From positions 181,598,001 through 181,662,000 of the forward strand of contig OZ024741.1 of the NCBI GenBank assembly GCA_964016885.1: a DNA stretch of 64,000 bases. Direction: 5' to 3'. This DNA comes from Eledone cirrhosa (taxonomy: Eukaryota). Position 1 is the first letter of the stretch. Each line of letters starts with the position of its first letter. Below are positions 40,689-54,489 of this stretch, piece by piece. A program made the translations under genes and the position numbers. The notes beneath the pieces are model-generated. The model saw only the letters and a program-made list of their open reading frames with translations. It made no database searches and was not told where the DNA came from.

Positions 40689-40756
40689 CACCACAGAATT
40701 ATTATCTCCAAACTATTCATTTATATATATATATATAGTTTGGAGATAATAAATAA

Positions 40757-40803
<47 letters not shown>

Positions 40804-41107
40804 GATGTGCATGTTAGCAGTGCGATGGGTTGAAGTGCATATACATAACCATGTGTGTATGTATGTTTATATGATGTTTTGATATCAATACACATATGAC
40901 ATGTTATCCTATAAATAACCTTTTAGTTGATAATAATGACAGTTTAACGTCATTTCTGATTGAAGGTTAAAGTTTTTTTCTGAATGTTATATCTGTCATG
41001 AAGATAAAAAAAAACAAACCACGGACAAGCACACACACATATACATACACATACTCATATACAGTGGGCCTGCGTCTCACTCGGTCAATTGCTTCCTCAA
41101 CTGCACT

Positions 41108-41302
41108 TTTGGCAGTCTCGGTAGAGGGTCGGACGCCATGCTTTGCAGTATAGAGTTACGGCTCTTTATGATCTGAGTTCAAATCCCGCCGAGGTTAACT
41201 TTGCCTTTCATCCTTACGGGGTCGATAAAATAAAGTACCAGTCACGCACTGGGTCGATTTACTCGACGTTCCCTTTCCCCCAAAATTTCTGGCCTTGTGC
41301 TA
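41108..41302 (+). mobile_element. SINE
   Basis: A box TGGCAGTCTCGG, B box GAGTTCAAATCC and the core domain. Confidence 0.9.
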
Positions 41303-41639
41303 TTATCGTATTATTAATTATTAAACTATTATCGTATTCTTAATAAAACTGCTGAACACCTTTATATAAAAGCATCTGTGAACGTCAATGTTTTGGACAA
41401 GGCATTGACTCAGCTTCTCTGGAGATTGAGAAAATCGAGGAGGAGAAAGATAGCGGTAGGAGTGAAAGTTTTCTCCCTTACAGTCATGTAATTTAATGTT
41501 GAACAAGAGGTTAAGTGTTTTATAGCTTTTGTGAATTTCATTAAATAAACATCCCCCTTACCATGTCATATATGCTAGAAAACACACTATTAAAAACATG
41601 TACAATTCTGGCCCACTGTAAATATATATATATATATTT

Positions 41640-42171
41640 CGTTTCTGAATTTGCAAAAAGACGTTTCTAAAAGACGCAATGTTTAGACAAATTACAGAGG
41701 CAATAAACATAAATGAACTCCAACCAAAATTAAATTGAAAACATGAATGGAACAGCAACATCACAACTTACAATTAAGGACACAATGAAAACACACACGC
41801 ACATAGAACAAACAACCAACCAGTAACATGTAATTAAACAAATAAATAAACAAATATAAACACACACAGACACCCGGATGTAACACATGCGCAAACTAAG
41901 CACACAACACACACACAAAAACAAGATGGCGTAGGACAGAACAAAGGAGAGGCACAAAAACAAAGAAAAGAATCCCCAGTCACTGAAGATGTCACAGAAT
42001 GTGTGACGAAAGAACTTTGACAATATATAAACAATCATCTGGTTGTGGAACCAACCAACCAACGAACCGAAAATTTATAAATTCCTAAATTTATAAATTT
42101 ATTATAATAAATTGAAGTGAAACTAACTGGTGCGTGTGTTTCTTATTGGCAACATGACCCTCCCAAAGTAT

Positions 42172-42235
<64 letters not shown>

Positions 42236-42350
42236 ATACGTTGGGAGGGTCCTGCTGCCAATAAAAACACACGTACCTGTTGGTTTTCCCTTCAATTTAT
42301 ATTAAAGTTTCCGGTTGGTTGGTTGGTTCGATAACCGGAAGGTTGTTTAT
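41640..42350 (+). mobile_element. Family-D PLE terminus with HHR at 41979-42021, followed by (TA)n and an inverted partial copy
   Basis: GTCA-CTGAAGA-T-GTCACA gaatg TGTGAC-GAAA-GAAC-TT-TGAC; 42132-42178 mirrors 42229-42275. Confidence 0.8.
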
Positions 42351-42399
42351 ATATTATATATATAAATGATGTTTGTTCCAAAGTAAGGGTCTTGATGTT

Positions 42400-43185
42400 C
42401 TATATAATGTATATTAGAGGTACATGAAATTACAAATTACAGCCTTCAACATACAACGCTTGGAAATTCACACTGTGGTTTCAAAGACTTTTTTCATTGA
42501 ACGTAGCAGTACCAGAAGTCATTTTCTGTTAGAGTCCTTAACTCGTCAGTAACAATTTTTGTATGCTTTCCACAGTTCCAAAGTGATGATTGTTCAATTA
42601 CGATTTCAGCTTAGGGAAGAGGTAGAAATACCACGGAGCAAGATGTGCGCTGTAAGGAGGAAGTGGAAGAGTGGGAATGTTTCAGAAATTCTTTAATTGA
42701 AAGAAGTGTGTGAGCAGGTTCGTTATGGTGGTATATACCCTATCCCCTGCAATGTACTTTCGGTCTCGCGCTGGACCCATTTTCTAAGTCGTTCGAAGAC
42801 ATCTTTATAGAAGGTGCTATTAACTGTCTGACCTGGAAATTTAAGTTCTACGGCTCAAAAAACGATAATCACGTCGGTAAAGTGATAATCATTGTTTTCA
42901 CCCTGGTTCCACTCATGAGTGCTTTCTTCAGATAAGGGAAATGTTTCGTGTGTCACTCCTCACTTTGCTGTTTTGTCTCTGAATCGTATTCGGACACCTA
43001 TGATTCAGCTACTGTTATTATTTTATCCAAGAAATTTGGTTCAATTTCGAGTCTCTCTAGCAAATCCTGACAATTGTTCCAAACCCGTTTCTTCTGCAAT
43101 CATTCCAACACTTAATCAGCCATCTTTCACCGTCACTGATCGCATCACTTCCACGTTTTGTTCATTTGTTGACAAGCTTGACAAG
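42400..43185 (-). pseudogene. Degenerate mariner transposase
   Basis: Minus strand: STNEQNVE..LSVGMIAEETGL, YDSETKQQSEE and PPYSAHLAPWYFYLFPKLK (YSPDLAP motif). Confidence 0.75.
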
Positions 43186-44049
43186 TGTGTGTGTGTGTGT
43201 TTGTGTTTATGTGTGTGTCTGTATGTGTGTGTGTGTGTAAACAGTCACGTGTGTGTAGAAGACAGTGATTGAAGTATGAAAATTGAATTGAATTAGTAGC
43301 TTGTGCCGTATGTTTGATGACAGAAAATAGTCTAATAACAGGGCACATGGACCCCCAGAACGGAAGAATGGGACATCTACACTCGTGAGAATGTTAGATC
43401 ATTTTCTAATGTGAAATCTTTGGTATCGACTATTACATGGACACTACGTATGAAGCGGCTTGAAATTCAAGTTAGAATCCAAAGATCCGTATCTGTAGCA
43501 GAAGCCCAACTGATCTCTGAACGAATAAAAACCAAACACAACGGATTACAGTAATATTACCAATTCTATTCATCAAAACACACGTCCTAGTAAATAACAA
43601 AACCCATAAACAAGGCCGCGTAGCTTTTATAAATATTTACACTTGATCTTTTACTGGTATCCATCAAACATAACAGACTGGCTTAGTGCAATCAATGTAT
43701 ATCTCATAATAACTGTATATTACCAACATGCCACTACCTACTGTAATACTGGCACATGGCCAATACCAGCTCGACGTCTTTTGCATCCCAACTCTCCAAT
43801 CAGATTATTTTCATGCTTGAAAGGTGTTTGCAATAATATAAATTTGCGTTAAGTTCATAACGATTTCGTAAATGATATTTCTACGTACAGCATGATAGCT
43901 TAACCCAGAAATGTTGGACTGTTATTCGTGAAATACTAGGATCGACTTTTATAGGAGGTCTATGGAAAATTCTAGAATTTTTGGCCAAAAATGGGGAGTC
44001 GATTTTTACATGACATCAACTATTGCTCGAGTATTTCTTCTAGAGAAAT

Positions 44050-44790
44050 AGAGAGAAAAAGAGCCAAAGAGAATAAAAAATTTCTGTAGTATATCTAAGA
44101 TAAACAATCCCAACAAATCGAATACGTCACTGCTATCGAATGATCCCATAGATACAACGAATAGACATAGATAGTGGATTTTTAAACTCAGGCGGTTTCA
44201 TTATTAGATAGGAGGGTTTCTCTACTGTGGAATATGATTAGGTGATCTAAATCGTGCATTAAAGTGTATTTACTAACGAATTCTAAGGCCGTATCTAGTA
44301 GGGTATTAAAACTCGAAGGATAAAAGTCAATAATATCGAACAAGGTAAATCTAGATTTTTTGGTGTCATTGAGCCAGTTGATTATGACTTGGTTATTTTT
44401 CCATTGATTTCCCATTGATTGTTGCCTAATTACCTTATTTATATTCTTAAGTATATTTTTGTGTATTAGTCCTATTTCTGTATTGGCAGGGATTATGTGT
44501 CTAGAGGTGGGGTTATTTGTAAAATCTGTCTTGTGATCTTTAAGTGTAATGTAGGCATTTCTTTAAGATTTGGGCTCTTTAGATCTCTACTTAGTTTCTT
44601 TCGGAAAGAGTTAATGTGTTTGCCAAATAAGACGTTAGTTATTAGGCCAAGAAGGTCAGCCTGGAAGAGTGTGAGGTCGTTTACCTTAGGTGGGTAGATC
44701 GTGGATTTTAAGGGGAAGATATCTGATGTTCCTGTAATTTTCCCATCATAATCCAATGCTCACCATCTCGGGTGTTTGAGGACAGCTATT
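44050..44790 (-). pseudogene. Degenerate Penelope-like RT fragment related to the 10.7-kb element
   Basis: NQVIINWLN..FTLFDIIDFYPS..ALEF (ORF 44188-44415) and MGSFDSSDVFDLLGLFIL (~44095-44150). Confidence 0.75.
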
Positions 44791-44911
44791 TTTGGAGGAG
44801 GAGTTTCAATAAATTTAGTTAGATGGTGTACGAATATCTTTCAGACAGTAATCGATCTCACAGACCTTCATATTGGTGGCAATTATTTAACTAGTGTCAA
44901 TTGTTTAACTA

Positions 44912-45135
44912 AGGGCAGCGGATTGGTAGTATCAATAGACGGTCAGACAACAATGCTTTACGGCATAGAGTCACGGGCCTTCACGTTCTCAGTTCAAATA
45001 CCGTCGAGGTTAGCTTTGCCTTTCATCCTCACGGGATCGATAAAATAAAGCACCAGTAATACACTGGGGTCGATTTAATCGACTTTCCCAATCCCTTCAA
45101 ATTGCTGGCCTTGTGCCTCAAGTAGAAACAATTAT
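44912..45135 (+). mobile_element. SINE with flanking 17-bp direct repeat
   Basis: AATTATTTAACTAGTGT at 44881 and 45130. Confidence 0.8.
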
Positions 45136-45699
45136 TTAACTAGTGTAGTAAATTTAGATAGTAGAGCACCCAACAGTGAGTAGCCAATCTTGCGCGTATG
45201 TGAGCGTGCAGAATCTGCGGTTCACTAGGTAATCTGGAGCCAGAATTCTAGTTGTAGTTGGTGAAAATCCAAAGTTTTAGAGCAACTAAAGTCTGTAGAT
45301 AAGTTATGATATACATATTCAATTTACTACAAAAATACAAACGACTCATAATTAAAATTTAAAAATAATAGCAACAGGAAGGCTTAATAATTTAGAATAA
45401 AACGATTACTTTTATCTGGTATATAATGGGTAAATAAGAAGGGGAGATAACTTGATATATGAGTATCAAGAAAGGAAGGTAACAATTAAAAGTTAGTAGA
45501 TGTATGTTTATATAAGCGTATGTTGGGGTCCGCTACATTTGTACAGAAATGTCGTGTGGTATGTAAGCCCGACGGAATTATTTTCCCTAACACCAATAGC
45601 TACTTTTCATTACGTATCGTAAATATCGCAAACATACGCCCAAAATAGCAACGGGGGGGGGGGGGGGGAGGGAGGAGGGGATGAAGCACTATACTCAAC

Positions 45700-47255
45700 A
45701 ACATTTACAACTAACCGTAGCAGCAGATTCCTGGAGCTGGGCAAAATAATACCAATCCTAAAGTTGAAAAAGCTCCAAGTGAAATAATATTATACAGACC
45801 CATGACATTTCTATGCATTCTATGAATAATCTAGAACGGTGAATCTTTCAAATTGTTAACCAACACATCCCCTATCATAAGATTATGTTCACGAATTTAG
45901 ACCACTACAATTATACATGACAGATTCAACAATTAGATAACCTTCGTCATGTCTCATTCTAATTCCTAGAGACGGTAGAGAAGACTTTAATTCTATCCGC
46001 TATCCCTTCTTACAAAAATACTCAATACCACCTTAAGGGAAACCATAAAATAGTAACTAGCAAATTACTTTTCAGGTGTGCAAGCCAATAATGTACTGTA
46101 ACAACGCTTTAAGAACCTGCAACTTCCTGTACCACAATAGTTCATCCTCTCACTTACACCGTTTTGGAATTAAACCTACATTCCCTTCAAATATATTCAC
46201 AAAATATTCAGATAGCCGCGTACGAGGAAGACACCACAACACGCATACTCCCATAATTTTCTCAACAGTCGCTCAAGTGTACTTCAACGTTATCTAAATC
46301 ACCTAGAAATCTGGTAACAACAAACATAAAGTAGAACCTATCAAATCCACCGCTGCCGTTCTTACTAGCTCTGTTGCTAGTAAGAAAGAACGCCAACATA
46401 CAACCAAATCCCACCCCCAACAACATAGAAAGAGCTACAACTCCTCCACAACATTCACAGCACACATAGAATACACAGAAAAAAAGAACGACATGCGGAT
46501 ACATTACTGGTACTTTATTTTATCGACCCCGTAAGGATGAAAGGCAAAGTTAATCTCGGCGGGATTTGAACTCAGATCATAAAGGGACGTAACTCTATGC
46601 TTCAAAGCATGGTGTTCGACTCTCTGCCGATACTGCCAATCCACATCATAAGCTGCGCTCTTTCTGCCTGAGCCCCCGATCTGTCAACAACAAGCCATAA
46701 TAAACTACAAAGAACATAAAACATCACGCTACATATCATCATAGGTTTCACACAGTCTACACGAACAGACCATCTACACAGCGAAACAAAATTACTAGAA
46801 ACAGTTTGATGTTTCAGCAAGCTTCAACCCTTTCCCCAGCAGTCGTTATCACTATAAATAAGCCTCGAAATACATAAGCATCCCAGAGAAGCACCCCAGA
46901 GTTCTATTACATTTTAAAATCGTAATTTATTCCACAACACAGGAATTCACAAACGGCTAAGTGCACGCATAAATCACTCTAACATAAGAGATCATGGATG
47001 CGAAATGGGTATTCGCACTCTGTGTCCAAATCTTCAGTATCAGCTTCCACTCAGTTCATTTGTGATTGAGACTAGCCACTCTTCTCGTAATTCCGTCCCA
47101 GTTCTTATTCAAAAAGAACTCCGGACAAAATCAGACACCATTTCCATAACCGGACCCTCAGCCCAGTAACAGCCATATTCTTGAATAGACTTTCATCTCA
47201 AAGTGTTGAGCTACAGGCTCATTAATTTCCTCTAGGTAACGCGTCTGCCTGTTAT
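45700..47255 (+). pseudogene. Highly degenerate LINE RT fossil (I/Jockey-like), interrupted by a SINE at ~46500-46645
   Basis: AKIIPILK and YRPMTFLCIL..LER at ~45740-45840; C/A-rich strand bias. The extent is uncertain. Confidence 0.5.
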
Positions 47256-47277
47256 CACATTGCATTATTTCATAAAA

Positions 47278-47870
47278 GGGCGGAAGATTGGCAGTATCGG
47301 TAGAGGGTCAGACGCCATGCTTTGATACATGGAGTTACGGCCCTTCCCATTCTGAGTTCAAATCACGCCGAGGTTAACTTTGCCTTTCATCCTTATGGGG
47401 TCGATAAAATAAAGTACCAGTAATACACTGGGTAATTGCTGGCCTTGTGCCAAAAGTAGAAACAATTATTTCATAAAATAAAGGGCGGTGAATTGGCAGT
47501 ATCGGTGGAGGGTCGGACGCCATGCTTTCCAGCATAGTTACGTCCCTTTACGATCTGAGTTCAAATCCTGCCGAGGTTAACTTTGCCTTTCATCCTTACG
47601 GGGTCGATAAAATAAAGTACCAGTAATGCACTGGGTAATTGCTGGCCTTGTGCCTAAAGTAGAAACAATTATTTCATAAAATAAAAGGGTGGTGAATTGG
47701 CAGAATCGGTAGAGCGTCGGACACCATGCTTTGAAGCACAGAGTTATGGCCCTTTACGTTCAAATTCCACCGAGGTTAACTTTACCTTTCATCCGTGAGG
47801 GTAGATAAAATAATGTACCAGTAGTGCACTGGAGTAATTGCTGCCTCTGTGCCAAAAAGTAGAAACAACT
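47278..47870 (+). mobile_element. Three head-to-tail SINEs
   Basis: Units start at ~47278, 47483 and 47687. Confidence 0.9.
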
Positions 47871-50430
47871 ATTTCATAAAATAGATAAAGAAAGAAATCC
47901 TTATTTCAATATACCACCGACCACTCAAGTTCCGAGACATCGGACATTATAACGATGACGTCGTCCACATTTGCAGACAAGTCTTCTCCGCACCCTAGTT
48001 CAAATATATTCCAACATATCTAACTTTTAATGACAGTGGCTCAACAGCTAAAGCGTACGTGATCAATGAGGGAAGGTATTCTAAACGGGCCAAGAGTGTA
48101 AATGTTTTGCCTGGATTATTGCAGAAGAGTTAACGTTAACTAACAAAACTTAAGAACTATATATTACTGCTGTTGCTGTAGGTAATGCTGCTGTTGTTGT
48201 TGTTGCTGTTTTTGTTGCTGTTGACGCTGTGTAGATCCAGGTCAAGACCGAGAGGTTAGTGTTATGATCAAAGGTTGACATATAATTCTTTTTATTCAAG
48301 AGACTGCATCTAGCACCAAATCCTTCAACATGTCTTTCATCTTTTAATGCAGTAGGATATTATCTGAAAGAATTAGGAGCTATTTCTAGCATGTAGACTA
48401 ACCACGTGACCACATGAAAACACTCTAAATGCTTTGCAATCGATTTTGGAACAGAGCAGTTTATTAGGCCTAACAACTCTTTCCCTGAAATGAAACCGTT
48501 TCAATTTAATACTCTGTTACTGGCGTATTGGATACAGGAAATTTTCAAATTAGTTGAGACCATGATAAGTGTTTAGGAAACAACAATATATTAACTGCTA
48601 TACAGGTATATTCTCTTCCAATTTCATATTTTCAAAATCCTAATTCAATTAGTATTTGGCCTGTTGTGCATGTTTTGATGAATACAAATAGTTGACCAAT
48701 TTGGGTTAACTTAAAAATAAATGGCCAAACGCATTCACCGTCTTATCTTACTGGGTTATCTGAAATTGCAAGCAACAACTCGTCCGCCGTTTGAAAGTCA
48801 CATGAGTGAAGCGATTTAATGAGGTCATTAGAAAGTAGAAATACTGAGTTAAACTAATCAACTAATCACAAGTAATCAACTCTACAGGGAGGAACTAATA
48901 AACAGAAATGTGATGACTATCTAATGTTACTGTTCTTATTGTTGATTAGCCATGCGTCTGATCACGTAGTCCTATGATTAAAGATAATTCCGATTTAGAT
49001 ATCCTGTCGTTTCGTATAAACAATGTGATTGTCCTTTATTTTTCAAAGACGGTGGGGTGTGATATATGCTATATTTTGTTTATGCATCTAGGAGTTCGAG
49101 CTACCACGCAGAAGCTGGTCGTATGCTGTATAACAACAATGTCCGTCGCAAATCAATAGTATGTGTGAAAACAATGGGAAGTGAGCGGGAGAACGAGATT
49201 TCTGAAAAATTAAACATTTTCTAAAACCTCATGTTAAACATTTAAACAAAAAAGACATAACATTTCAGCAGTCATTAGCACATTACGTGACAGAATGAGA
49301 GCTTGCAGAATTGGAAACATTAGATTATAATAAAAAGAAGCAGCACATGCTTCATTACATATGAAATATCCAAAAATGGCAATGGTGGAGAGTCTCCCAT
49401 GAGCATCATCAATTTACTTAAGTAGGTGAGAGGTAATGCTATACACTATTTCATCAGGGGTGTTATAATAGCAAAAATATAAATCAATCGATGCTATCAT
49501 GTACCACACAATATATCTATAACTTTCAGCCAACTCTGTATGGGATAGACAGATATAAACACCTCGAATTTATCCACAATATCTCTGTGAGATCAGCCAG
49601 ACTAATTTCAGTGTTTTATTGGAATTTAAACAGTGACTTTAAAAGAACTTGAAAAAGCCATAAGTACTACTTATTAAACCTCAGATTAAGTAAGCAGGGT
49701 GCATCCGACCCGCTTCCTCTTGAAGAACTAAGTGATTTTGCCACAACTGTTGTATAACTTCCTCTGTGCCTCTACTTATAAACAGACCGCTTGCCTCACC
49801 GAATTCGAAAACTCAATCGGACTTAGTACGGAAGAGATTTGAAACGTCCAGTTCAAAGATACCAGATGACAACAACCCACCTTTCGTGTTAGAAACAGTT
49901 GCCTTGGTTTTCGGCCGGCCGTTACTTAAGCATTTGTAGTATTTCTACCGAAGCTGGCTGCTTCTAATTCTCTTACCAACGAGGTTCTCCATAACAGAGC
50001 AGTACCTACCATGAATACGAAAGTGTTCATGCTACCTCGACTCGGTCTTCATCCAGCTCAATACAAACGAGATACTGTCAAGTGCAACTAAGTTTCAAAC
50101 ACTCCTGTAAATCTGCTTGACCATCACCGACCAACATGTTTCTGTTGCAAACAAAACCCCTCAACGATGTTTGACTGAATCCCATACCATCGCGATAAAC
50201 TGGGTCCTAGGTGAACTGCAACTGTATTCAAATTGGTGTTTCACTCAGGCTTGGTCTAGGAAACTATTAGCAATACAAATGCTGCTGCAAGTAAACGTTT
50301 TCAGAATCTATCCATTGCTGGGTGCTTCATGTGATACGCTGCTCTCAAATATATATGTATATGTCAATTATAATGGGACACATGCATTTCAAATTTTAAA
50401 TTTTCGGCATGATTCTTAAGTCAACCAGTT

Positions 50431-50543
<113 letters not shown>

Positions 50544-51696
50544 TATGTGTGTGTGAATATAATACATTTTGAAAAAGATATGTAACATTTATTACTTATA
50601 TATATGCATCATATTTCCGTTGAATGGACACAAAATGGGAATAGAATCAAATTACAGAAAGCTTTTGCTTCAAATACTCTCGCAAATCAATGAAATAAGC
50701 ATTGAATGTCTAACTTTGTTAAGCAATAAAGTGGTTTATTATCTTTTTAGATATCTAGTTTCTCGTTATTCATTATTTATTAATATATATTTATAGTTAT
50801 GACAGTTATCTTCGAAATATAGAACAAATATATTTTATTTAAAAAGAATTTGAGATGAAATACTAATTAGTTCTTGTCATTTGGAATATATTCTCTTTAA
50901 ATAAAACAGACATACATCTCTTCCAATTATCAATTGAAAACGCATAGCTTAGTGGGTAAGATTGTATCCTTGAACAAGACACTTTATTTCAGATTGTTCA
51001 AGGCCACTCAGTTGATGTGAAGGAGTTGCGACGATACTAGTGCCAAGCTCTATTACCCTTTCCATTTCCCTTGAACAGCATCAGTGATAGAGAAGGAGAC
51101 TGGCATGCTTCGACGGCTGCTAATATTCCACACAAAAGCCTCTCAGATAAATGCATTAGAGAGACAAACTCATGGTCAGTAGGTCATGGGTGTAAAATTC
51201 ATGAATAGCGATAACCGAAGGAGCTCTTTTACTTTACTTATCTGCGTTTTCTTGTTGAATTTTAAAACCCGACCTTCTAATATAGAAACTATTCCAAATT
51301 TGAGCGTCATTTTTATTGTATATGTAGGCCTATATTATTCAATGTGTTCTTTTGTTTATGACACTAGACTCAGTTTATGGTATCGGAATTTTGTGCTATT
51401 TCTAGGTGGTGAAATGCCCGCGAGAGGTTCCCATGTTGGTTTCAGTAAAAAGAATCACGCGCGAGTTTGGAAATTAGAAAATAGTTCAAAATACAGTTTA
51501 ATGTAAATATCTTAAAATCAGGAAATACATAAACTTGATAAGATCATGTATTAATCAAATAACTACTACAAAAAGAAACCGCTACTAAAAAGCAAGTGAA
51601 TTAATGTTGATACCAATATATTGATATTTCTCAGTTTCAGAGGATCTCGCTTTCAGGTGAAAGCAGAAATTGTCTACTTAAAATGTTAATCTCTCT

Positions 51697-51763
<67 letters not shown>

Positions 51764-52331
51764 CGAATACATAAGCTTGATATGAAGACATTTTTCACCA
51801 TCATGATCTGTCTATATAACAACCCTTTTATTTTATCTCGTTATTTCTGACGTTTGTTTGATTTTAACACTTCGATGTCATCTACACGTAAAATTGTTGA
51901 TGTATTATCTTCTCTTTCATCTGTCACATTCAATAACGCATGACAACTCACTAATGTGTTCTCCTCAATACTTCTTTATCAGAATTGTATCCAACATGTG
52001 AGATTTTTACTTCCATATATCATACTTCTAACAGTATAAGGGGCTACCAATGATTACTGTTTTTCAGACAAGAAAGGTCTAAATTAAGTGTATAAACTCT
52101 TAGTAATAACACATCTTTATGTTACACTAATAAAGACAGATAGTGGCCATATTAAGTTTGAATTGGTGTAGCTCAAGGTGTAGAGGGTGAAATAGGCGTG
52201 ATATAAAACGTAAAAAATGACTTATTAATAAAGATTAATTTAGATTTGTTTAGAAAAATATCTTAATGATAAACATTATTCACATATGTATGCACACGCA
52301 CAAATAAATCTGACAAACATACATTATATAG

Positions 52332-52498
52332 AGGGTGGGACGCCATGCTTTGAAGCATAGAGTTACCTCCCTTTATGATCTGAGTTCAAATCCCGCCGAG
52401 GTTAACTTCGCCTTTCATCCTTACGAGGTCGATAAAATAAAGTACCAGTAATGTACTTTGATAATTGCTGGCCTTGTACCAAAAGTAGAAACAATTAT
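52332..52498 (+). mobile_element. SINE, 5'-truncated
   Basis: B box and core domain. Confidence 0.85.
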
Positions 52499-52511
52499 AT
52501 ATATGAATGTA

Positions 52512-53090
52512 TGTTATTCTGGTTTTATAATTTTATAATTGTTTACTAATAGAGAGAGTTGGTTTCTAACAGAGATACAAGACACTCTCATTGGAATTTA
52601 CCCATCAACTAAGTAGATATGGCTGTATTTCTGCATGCATACATGTGTGTGCAGGTATGGATGTTATTGTATGTATGTGTATGTTTTGAGTTATATGTGC
52701 GCATGTGCAATATGCTTTGTATATGTACATGTGTACATGCAGTTATTAGATGCAGAAAGTTTGGAATGTTTTACATATTTTTATTTTTCCAATAATGGAT
52801 TGCACTTGTAATTTCCTAACTAGTCGTGTTCCTACTGTTTCTGTGAAGCCCAGCTTCTCAAGATTTGTATTGAGGCAGTTACTAACATATCCCAGTGCCT
52901 AAAACAAACACAGGTATAGTCAGGGTGGAGTATCTGCAGATTTCTCAGTATTTCTGCATAGATATTCTCCTTTTCGCTAATCTTTGATATTATATTGGCA
53001 TAAACTGAGCAGCTAACACACCACTGTGCATGCCTTCTTTTCCCTGTCCCATATCATTATATCTGGTTTCTTATGTTTGCATTTTATTAT
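52512..53090 (-). mobile_element. R4/Dong-like LINE 3' fragment (left arm of an inverted duplication)
   Basis: KPDIMIWDREKKACTVV..; homologous to 62811-63308. Confidence 0.8.
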
Positions 53091-53229
53091 GTATGTGTGT
53101 CTTCTACATTGTGGTAGCTTTTAATGTGTTTATTGTATCTTTTTATCTCTCAGTCTATCTATTTACTCACACACACACATATATATAAATATTATCAGAG
53201 AGAGAGAGATACAGGGAGAGAGAGAGAGA

Positions 53230-53276
<47 letters not shown>

Positions 53277-53478
53277 TTGCTGCAGATTTTATATACCCGG
53301 GAACGATATTTTATCGACCCATTAGTGATATGTATAAGATGTTCTCTCTATATATAAACACATGCATATATATATATATATATATATACTCCAGTTCTAC
53401 CAGCTGGATATATGCATAGTTTTATTGTTCTACAATATTACTCACCTCCTACATATATATATATATATTGATGCCACA

Positions 53479-53531
<53 letters not shown>

Positions 53532-53551
53532 GTGTGCTACCCTTTCTACAT

Positions 53552-53600
<49 letters not shown>

Positions 53601-53844
53601 TATGCATATATTTATATCTATAGAGAGAGAACAGCTAATACATATCACTAATGGGTCGATAAAATATCGTTCCCCGGGTATATAAAATCTGAAGCAACCC
53701 CCCCCCCCCTCTCTCTGATTATATTTATATATATGTGTATGTGTATGTGTATGTGAGTAGATAGATACACAGAGAGATAAATAGATACAATAAACACATC
53801 AAAAGTTACAGCAATGTGGAAGACACACATACATAATATGAAAG

Positions 53845-54325
53845 AGTACTGGTGGAATGTTCCTGTCTAAGCTCCAATAAAATGCAAGCGTAACAGACCA
53901 GATATAATGATATGGGACAGGAAAAAGAAGCCATGCACAGTAGTGGACGTTAGCTGCCCAGCAGATGTAAATATAATACTAAAAATCAGCAAAAAGGAGA
54001 ATATCTATGCAGAACTAAGAACTCTGCAGATACTCCGCCTCGACTATACCTTTAGATTTATACCTGTGATTGTTTTAGGCACTGGGATATGTTAGTAACT
54101 GCCTCAATACAAATCTTGAGAGGCTGGGCTTCACAGAAACAGAAAGAACACGACTAGTTTGGAACAGTAAAAGTTCCAAATATTCTGCATCTAATAACTG
54201 CATGTACACAAGTACAGATACAAAACATATCCATATGTACACATATAACTCAAAAACATCCACATACATTACATATCTACCTAAACGGACTCTCTCTCTC
54301 TCTATTGGTAAACATTTACAATATA
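53845..54325 (+). mobile_element. R4/Dong-like LINE 3' fragment (right arm)
   Basis: EYWWNVP..NRPDIMIWDRKKKPCTVVDVSCPADVNI..K..KENIYAEL, a PD-(D/E)xK-type endonuclease. Confidence 0.8.
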
Positions 54326-54346
54326 TATATATATAGGTAAACATTT

Positions 54347-54485
<139 letters not shown>

Positions 54486-54489
54486 ATAT

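Noticed and set aside
47278-47375. tRNA gene (A and B boxes)
   Set aside because: No cloverleaf; it is the tRNA-derived head of a SINE.
49700-50300. Possible RTE-like LINE fossil (GRPKT, SQLR on the minus strand)
   Set aside because: Too few motifs to support by eye.
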